Below, piece after piece: positions 58,202 through 64,000 of a stretch of DNA of 64,000 bases. The stretch is taken from contig CAJINV010000010.1 in NCBI GenBank assembly GCA_905178155.1, positions 583,851 to 647,850 of the forward strand, given 5' to 3'. The notes beneath the pieces are model-generated. The model was not told where the DNA came from, made no database searches, and saw nothing but the letters and a program-made list of their open reading frames with translations. The position numbers and the translations under genes were made by a program. The DNA is from Amoebophrya sp. A120 (lineage: Eukaryota > Protista > Dinoflagellata). Within the stretch, counting starts at the first letter, position 1; each line of letters opens with the position of its first letter.

Positions 58202-61200
58202 CTACCCTCCAACTGGCGTCGTACCTTGATGCCCGCCACCACGACTAGCGCCGCCTCCTCCCGCTGCCATCAACTTCCGTCTTCTTAGTTCCTTTAAAGC
58301 GAAAGTTTCTTCCACCGTGACCGTCTGGATTCCCGTGTCGATATCCAGCAGCGCGTGCTGCATTTTTCCGATATTATTCCTGTTTCCACCCCCGATGCCA
58401 CTCATCACGCCCCCCGCTGCACCGCCACAGCTTCCTGGCATGCCAGTGTAGCCCGCTCCACCTCCTCCGTTTTCTAAATCCTCGAACAGCAGTATGACAG
58501 TGCACAACTCCCCCTCCTTCTAATTTGCAACAGCAATACAAGCGTCAGCAAGAATACAGGTTTTGCATGACAAATTTGGACCACAGGCGTGTAGTGCTAT
58601 TTGGGCTGCCAGAACTTGTCATGCAAACAGTGCCAAGAGCCCAGGCGTAAATTAGGCACTTTGCATGACAAAGCAGGGGGAGGGGGAGTTGTGCACCCTC
58701 ATAAGCAGGGTCTGCGCGTACTCCAAGAGCATCGCGGCCGCGGGCTGGATTATTGCAAGGAAAAATCCCCCCTCCCCATATTGGAAAAGCATCTTTCTGA
58801 AAATTTGTGATGCAGATTTGTGGCCACAAATCGGGTCTGTCTTCCAAGAAGACACATTCAGGCTGTCCGCCAAGTTATGCAGGCGGTTTGTAATGCTGTA
58901 AGGCCTACAGGGTAGCCGTCTACCATGCTAGGCGCCTACAGCAAAAGGCCCCCGCTTAGGCTCAGGACCTGCGCGCACTCCTCTGCTGCAACACAAATTT
59001 GATTTGTGGATCCAAATCCAGCATCAGAAATTTCGTTTTGATATTTGGGCAGGGGGATTTTTCCTTGTGATATGGATCCGCCGCACTTCCGCCACATGGA
59101 GCTGCTGCGCCAGCCGGACCGCGTTTTCGTAATTTTTGTCCGTGATGAGATTTGCGTGGAGGAAGACAAGCTCCATGCGCAGGGTCTTGGTCAGCACCAA
59201 GTCCTTCAGCGTGGCCCACGCGTATCATATGTAAAAACGTCCTCACCCCATAGTCAAATTGGGAAATCTGCAAGACAAATCAACAAGCTTTGGCTGTTGC
59301 GCATGACAAGTTTTGGCTCGGAATGTAATGTTGCTTACCTAGTGTAGAAGCATCACAAATCTAGCAGCTCATGCTCATTCCAGCATCACAAGGTCCAAAA
59401 CACGACTAGAAAATCCTTCTCATGGAGCTCCGCATGAGAAACATTTTGAGCGTGCAGAATTGCATGACAACTACGGGGTGGGAATGTTTTTACACAAGAT
59501 AACGCGACACCCGAGTTTTGAGTCGAAATGCGGCTGTCCCCCGAGGAGTTGTTGTATTGGCTTATCAAATGTAAAAATGTCTGGGTCTGGAAGAGTTCCA
59601 ACTTGTCATGCTAAGTCTGGATCATGCAAAAATCTGTCTTGCGTGATCACCAAAAGTCGCGCTTTTTTGATCAACACGAGAGGCAGTTTCTCATGCAGGA
59701 TAGGCATGATAAAGACCTCGCAAAATCTGTCATGCTAGGTCTTGCATTCCAGACCTCTTGGGGCATCGAAACTTTGCAGGACAAGTTTCTATTCTTCCAG
59801 ACCCAGACATATTTGCATTCGATATGGCTCGACGAGGAACTATTGTTGCTCTCACCAACATTCTGGTCGGTAGTAACATTTCTGTTCTGCGTGTAATTGT
59901 TGTGTGCCATCGTGTTTTGGGGATTCAGTATCCGGGAACTCGCCAAGATATCCAAGGCGGAATTACCGCTCGCTTGGTAGGAGGAACTGCTGCGATGCGG
60001 ATTCGGGTTCGATCCTGCTCCTCCTCCCGCCCCTCCGACGGTATAACCAGTACCTTCTACTTCCCCGGCGGAACCACCAGAGCCTCCTCCATTTCGCATC
60101 ACTTGGTTGAAAAGTTTTTCGTTCAGAACTTGGCAGTTTTTCAGCAAGCCAACCAACACAATCACTTTTTCCACCAAGACATGTGGGTGCTTCAGTTCGC
60201 GCAGAGACTCGAGATCCTGCTTCTGGAAGTTTTGCAGAATCTGCTCGTTGATAGCCATCTGGTCCATATCGGGGGCCTCAAACAGCTTTTCCAGAAACGC
60301 ATCTGGATCAAAGTACCCGGGGAAAGTGGACGTTCCTTCGTCCGAGTGAGGATTGCCATTCGCAGTGGAAGATGATGATGAACTACTACTATTCACAACC
60401 CCTTGTTGCATTTCCAGCTGCAAGTGGTATTTGAAGTGGTTTTTGCTGTACTTCTGCCTTTTTACCGGTTTTATCAAGTGCAAAAATGTCTGGGTCTGGA
60501 AGGATGCAAGGTTTGTCATGCACATTTTGCATGCCCTAGCATCACAGATTTTACGACGGCTTCCTGATGCCTATACCGCATTAGAAATGCCCCCTCATCA
60601 TGGCAAAAACTGGACCTCTTTTGCTGTTCATGCAATACAGATTTCTTGTAGAATCGAAATCCAGTATCACAAGTTCAAACCTTCCAGACCCAGACATTCT
60701 GCAATGCATAGGTTTCGGCAACTCCGGTAGTTGCACACTGTCGGACAGGGAGATCGAGGTGGAGTGCCGTATCCTGAGTAAAAACGTACCCACACCAGAG
60801 TTGTAATGCAGATTTGCAGTTACAGGAAGATTTGTAATGCGCATCCCCATGAGAGCCATTTCCAATCGTGTTTTGGGATTTGTGATGCTGTGAACAGGAT
60901 GAGCAGATGAATCTGTGATGCGGCTGCACTTTCTAACCTGCACTACACTACGGAGTGCAACTTGTCATGCGTGACTCCCAAAACTCCTATGTTTGTGTTG
61001 CAAAATCCCCACTCTGACTCTGGTGTGGGTACGTTTTTACTCAAGATATGCCGTTGGTGGAGGTCTTTCTGAGCTGTAAAAGTCGTGCTTTGATGTGCAC
61101 TGCCTGACATAGCTGTCCCTTGATGTTGTGACGGCTTGCTGCTGCTCCGGTTTGACAGAATTGCTGAACCGGATTTCGTCATACCGCCAGGGCCTGAAGA

Positions 61201-63972
61201 CGGTGGTCCCGCTGGTGAAGGACCTCCTGCTGTACCTGCATTGCTGGCCGTGCTGGCCGACCCTGACCTATTCGCTGTCGACTGCACAGTAGAGCCTCCT
61301 CCAGCAACAGCGGTGTCTGCTGCTGAACCTCCACCATTATTGCCGCCTTTGGTCGCAGTACAGCCGCCCTGGTGCGACAGGGAAGATGAGGATTGCGCCC
61401 CGGACGAGAGGCCGCCAAAACTAGCCCCGCCTCCTGCTCGGGAACTTTTGAAGATGATTTCCTCCTTCCCGACGATCTCCTCTAAAAGCTCCTTAGCCTG
61501 CTGCACCACCTGCGGGATCAGAAAGGTCGGGATAAAGTTGCTCGCACTCAAACTCGCGTTGCTGTTGTCCAATTTTTCGGGATACAACGACTTGACCCGC
61601 TTCAGCGTCACGAGAAGAATCACAAAATCAAACCCGTCCTTTTTCTCCAACAACTCCAGCAATTTTTGCCCCACGGCGCAGGATTTTCCCTTCACCTGCA
61701 TCATGGGCAGTTCATCGTGGTTGTTGATGTTGATGCCATCCTGCTTTTCTTCGCTACCGAGGTGAGGCTCTGCTCTTGCTGTGGTGGAAGTAGTTTCGTT
61801 TTCATTCTCATTCTCCTCCTTCGGCAAGTAAGCCGACAGCGCCGTTGTTCCCGCCCGGTAAGCGTACGAAATGTGACTCGCCGCATCGTATCAAATGCAA
61901 AAATGTCTGGGTCTGGAAGCTTCTGAGAATTGTCATGCAAGTTTTGCATGAGCCATGATGTCGGTGATGCATGCCCTAGCATCAGAGATTTTTTGAGGGC
62001 TTCTGGATGCATATCCATATTCCGCATGACAAATGCCCTCTTTCCGTAGCAAAAATTACACTCCCTTTGCTGCTCATGCAATACAGATTTTTTTGGAATC
62101 CAAATGCAGCATCACAAGTTGCATCCTTCCAGACCCAGACATTTTTGCATTTGATACCTCGAAGCGCCGGTCGCGCATCATCAACGGTATTAGAGAGGGA
62201 ATGATGTCCACGTGCGGAATCCCGCACACGTGCGCCTGCAGCTCCGCCGCTACTTGGCCACCGGTAGAACTTGTAGTTGCTGCCAGCTGCACTTTTCTGC
62301 GGCTGGTGGATACCAGACTGCACAGGGATTTTTGCAGGTCCCGTTTCTGCTCCAGGTCCTCGTCGGCGTCCTCATTGACGGAATGGTTAAAGTTGTCATG
62401 CGCTGAAGTGTCAAATTGTGTCGAATAAAACTTCGACTTCTGGTCGTCGCCGAAAATTTCCTGCCCGGTACAGGTGAACGTCATGGAGTGTTGCTGGCTG
62501 TCTTCCGGCATGAAAGAATTTTCCTCCATCGACTGCTGGTGATGCTGGCAACTATCGTCCATCAGCGAGGAATCGTGATACCCGCGGCCAATTGCCTGCA
62601 GGTCGTTTATCGCAGAGGAAGATGATATCGCAGCTCCTGCTCCAGAGCTATTTTTTCGCCGATAATTGTAGCTTGTTCCACTACCAATCGCATCTGATGT
62701 TGTTGCCGTAGTTGACATAGTACCAACTTGCGCTGCGGAGTTCAGATTGTAGTTCCGCTGCTGGTTCATCTGCAGCCTTGCGTGTTGATCTGTCGGGAAC
62801 AAATTTGAGGAGGTGTGAAACTGCGACTGCGAATTGGTGTGCGAAGAGGAGGACAACTGCCTGTTTCTTGCAGTGGTGCCGCCGCTCGTGGGGCTCATCC
62901 AGAACGCTTCCAACTCCTCGCTGGCGGAAGAAAGCGGTACCTGCTCGTATGAACTCGCCTCGGTCAGAATTGTGTTTTCCCGATTCAAGTGCATGGATTG
63001 TTGCGACTGGGTTAACAAGACGCTGGAAGACTGGTTCACACTGGCGCCGCCACCAAAACTGAAGTCTTCCTCCGAAAGGAACAACTGGGGGTTCTGGTGC
63101 TGATGGTAGTTGTTCAACATCCCTCGAAGATTCTTGGAGCCGCGCCGTGGTGGCGAAAGGTGGTTCATCTGCTGCTCTTGTTCTGCAATAGCCCCGGTCG
63201 AATGATTCTGCAGTGGTTCTCCGCGTCCTCCAGTACATTGTTCTGCAGGGTAAAGAACTCCTACGGTGTGACCTGAAGACACTGCTCTTCCCGCGCCAGG
63301 AGGAGCGCCTGGAGGTCCTTCTCCAGAATGATTCGCTAGAAGCTCAAGCTGTTGACCAGCACCACCTCCGTTGCATGCAATTCCAGCTCCCGAAGTAGAA
63401 CCTGCCCGGGCTCGCTCCCGACTCTGTCGGGTGCTGCTCAGCAACGGCGCGCGCCGGTGGTAAGGCTTGTCTTTGAATAACGTGTTGACGTTTTCCCGAA
63501 TCAGTTTTGATTTGTCCACGACTACCTCCTCGTGGAGGTCGTTTTTCTCCTGAAGATGCTGCAGCTTCTCCAGCGTGTTTTGCACATCCTGTTCGACCGA
63601 TTCCCGGCTCTTTGCAAATTTATCGAGAACATCTTGTTGATCCCAAGAGGCATTAACGCCCGCGCCGTCGCTAGCATCTTCGTTTCTTGTAAACGAATTT
63701 GGGATTTGGTCCCCGCTTTGCTGTTGCTGTATAGTGCGGCTCTCTACTTCTTGTTCCAGATCATATCGTTCGTTCGACGCACTTCTCCCCGCCCTCAAGT
63801 TGTCGTGCGGTTCTAAGCTCTGGCTTTGGCCTTCTGTACTCAACATCTGCTGCTGCATCTGCGCTTCCTCATCACAGGGCGTCGCGTAGAAAATGTCCTC
63901 ATCGTCGATGACAGAGGAAGTTGCGAATCCGAGGTGCGACGAGGCGTTGTGATTGGTATAGTTGCTACTCAT
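58202..63972 (-). CDS. Large hypothetical protein with a low-complexity N-terminus and 7 introners (3' end uncertain)
   Basis: ATG at 63972 and a first exon of about 600 codons; downstream ORF pieces join across introners (e.g. VAEVRRIQPAAAMLLEYAQTLLFEDLE). Confidence 0.65.
58493..58703. mobile_element. Introner family H
   Basis: TSD AGCAG. Confidence 0.9.
58751..59072. mobile_element. Introner family D
   Basis: TSD TGGAT. Confidence 0.92.
59223..59501. mobile_element. Introner family B
   Basis: TSD ACGCG. Confidence 0.9.
59563..59824. mobile_element. Introner family A
   Basis: TSD TGGCT. Confidence 0.92.
60472..60710. mobile_element. Introner family A
   Basis: TSD GGTTT. Confidence 0.92.
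60770..61048. mobile_element. Introner family B
   Basis: TSD TGCCG. Confidence 0.92.
61889..62156. mobile_element. Introner family A
   Basis: TSD CATCG/CCTCG. Confidence 0.88.
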
Positions 63973-64000
63973 TTTTCTAGCCGGTGAGTTGTTGTTCTGC

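Noticed and set aside
61136-61765. Long plus-strand ORFs opposite minus-strand genes (also 4393-5064 and 5279-5764)
   Set aside because: Antisense shadows of the real coding frames.
9169-62323. Recurring short ORF peptides ([32 protein letters not shown])
   Set aside because: These are translations of introner TIRs in different frames, not a protein family.
1-64000. rRNA, tRNA, spliced-leader RNA genes or an intact transposase
   Set aside because: None recognisable by eye; covariance-model and HMM searches would be needed to exclude them.

Overview
Eukaryotic genomic DNA with no prokaryotic features. The architecture matches the parasitic syndinian dinoflagellate Amoebophrya (A120-type TAT-starting introners); this is inferred from sequence style, not from a database search. 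Most genes are on the minus strand: a single-chain ATP-citrate lyase (44038-57070), a 3-hydroxyanthranilate 3,4-dioxygenase (7999-9802) and several low-complexity or coiled-coil hypothetical genes. These genes are split by about 70 short elements (mostly 130-340 bp) of about 10 families. Each begins TAT and ends ATA, has terminal inverted repeats (TIRs) and a 5-bp target-site duplication (TSD), and lacks GT-AG. Removing an element plus one TSD copy restores the reading frame, checked by hand for 33 elements in the ACL gene. Four things stand out: (1) the otherwise unrelated families share a repeated, roughly helically phased internal motif GCAT(G/C/T)ACAAA and interchangeable terminal caps, pointing to one trans-acting machinery; (2) micro-exons of 7 nt and possibly 0-1 nt; (3) introners still closed by matching TSDs after kb-sized nested insertions; (4) larger transposon-derived tracts (2.5-3.9, 6.5-7.7, 26.6-39.2 kb) look eroded by mutation aimed at TpC/GpA dinucleotides, a possible RIP-like defence that the introners escape. 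All counts and alignments were done by eye.
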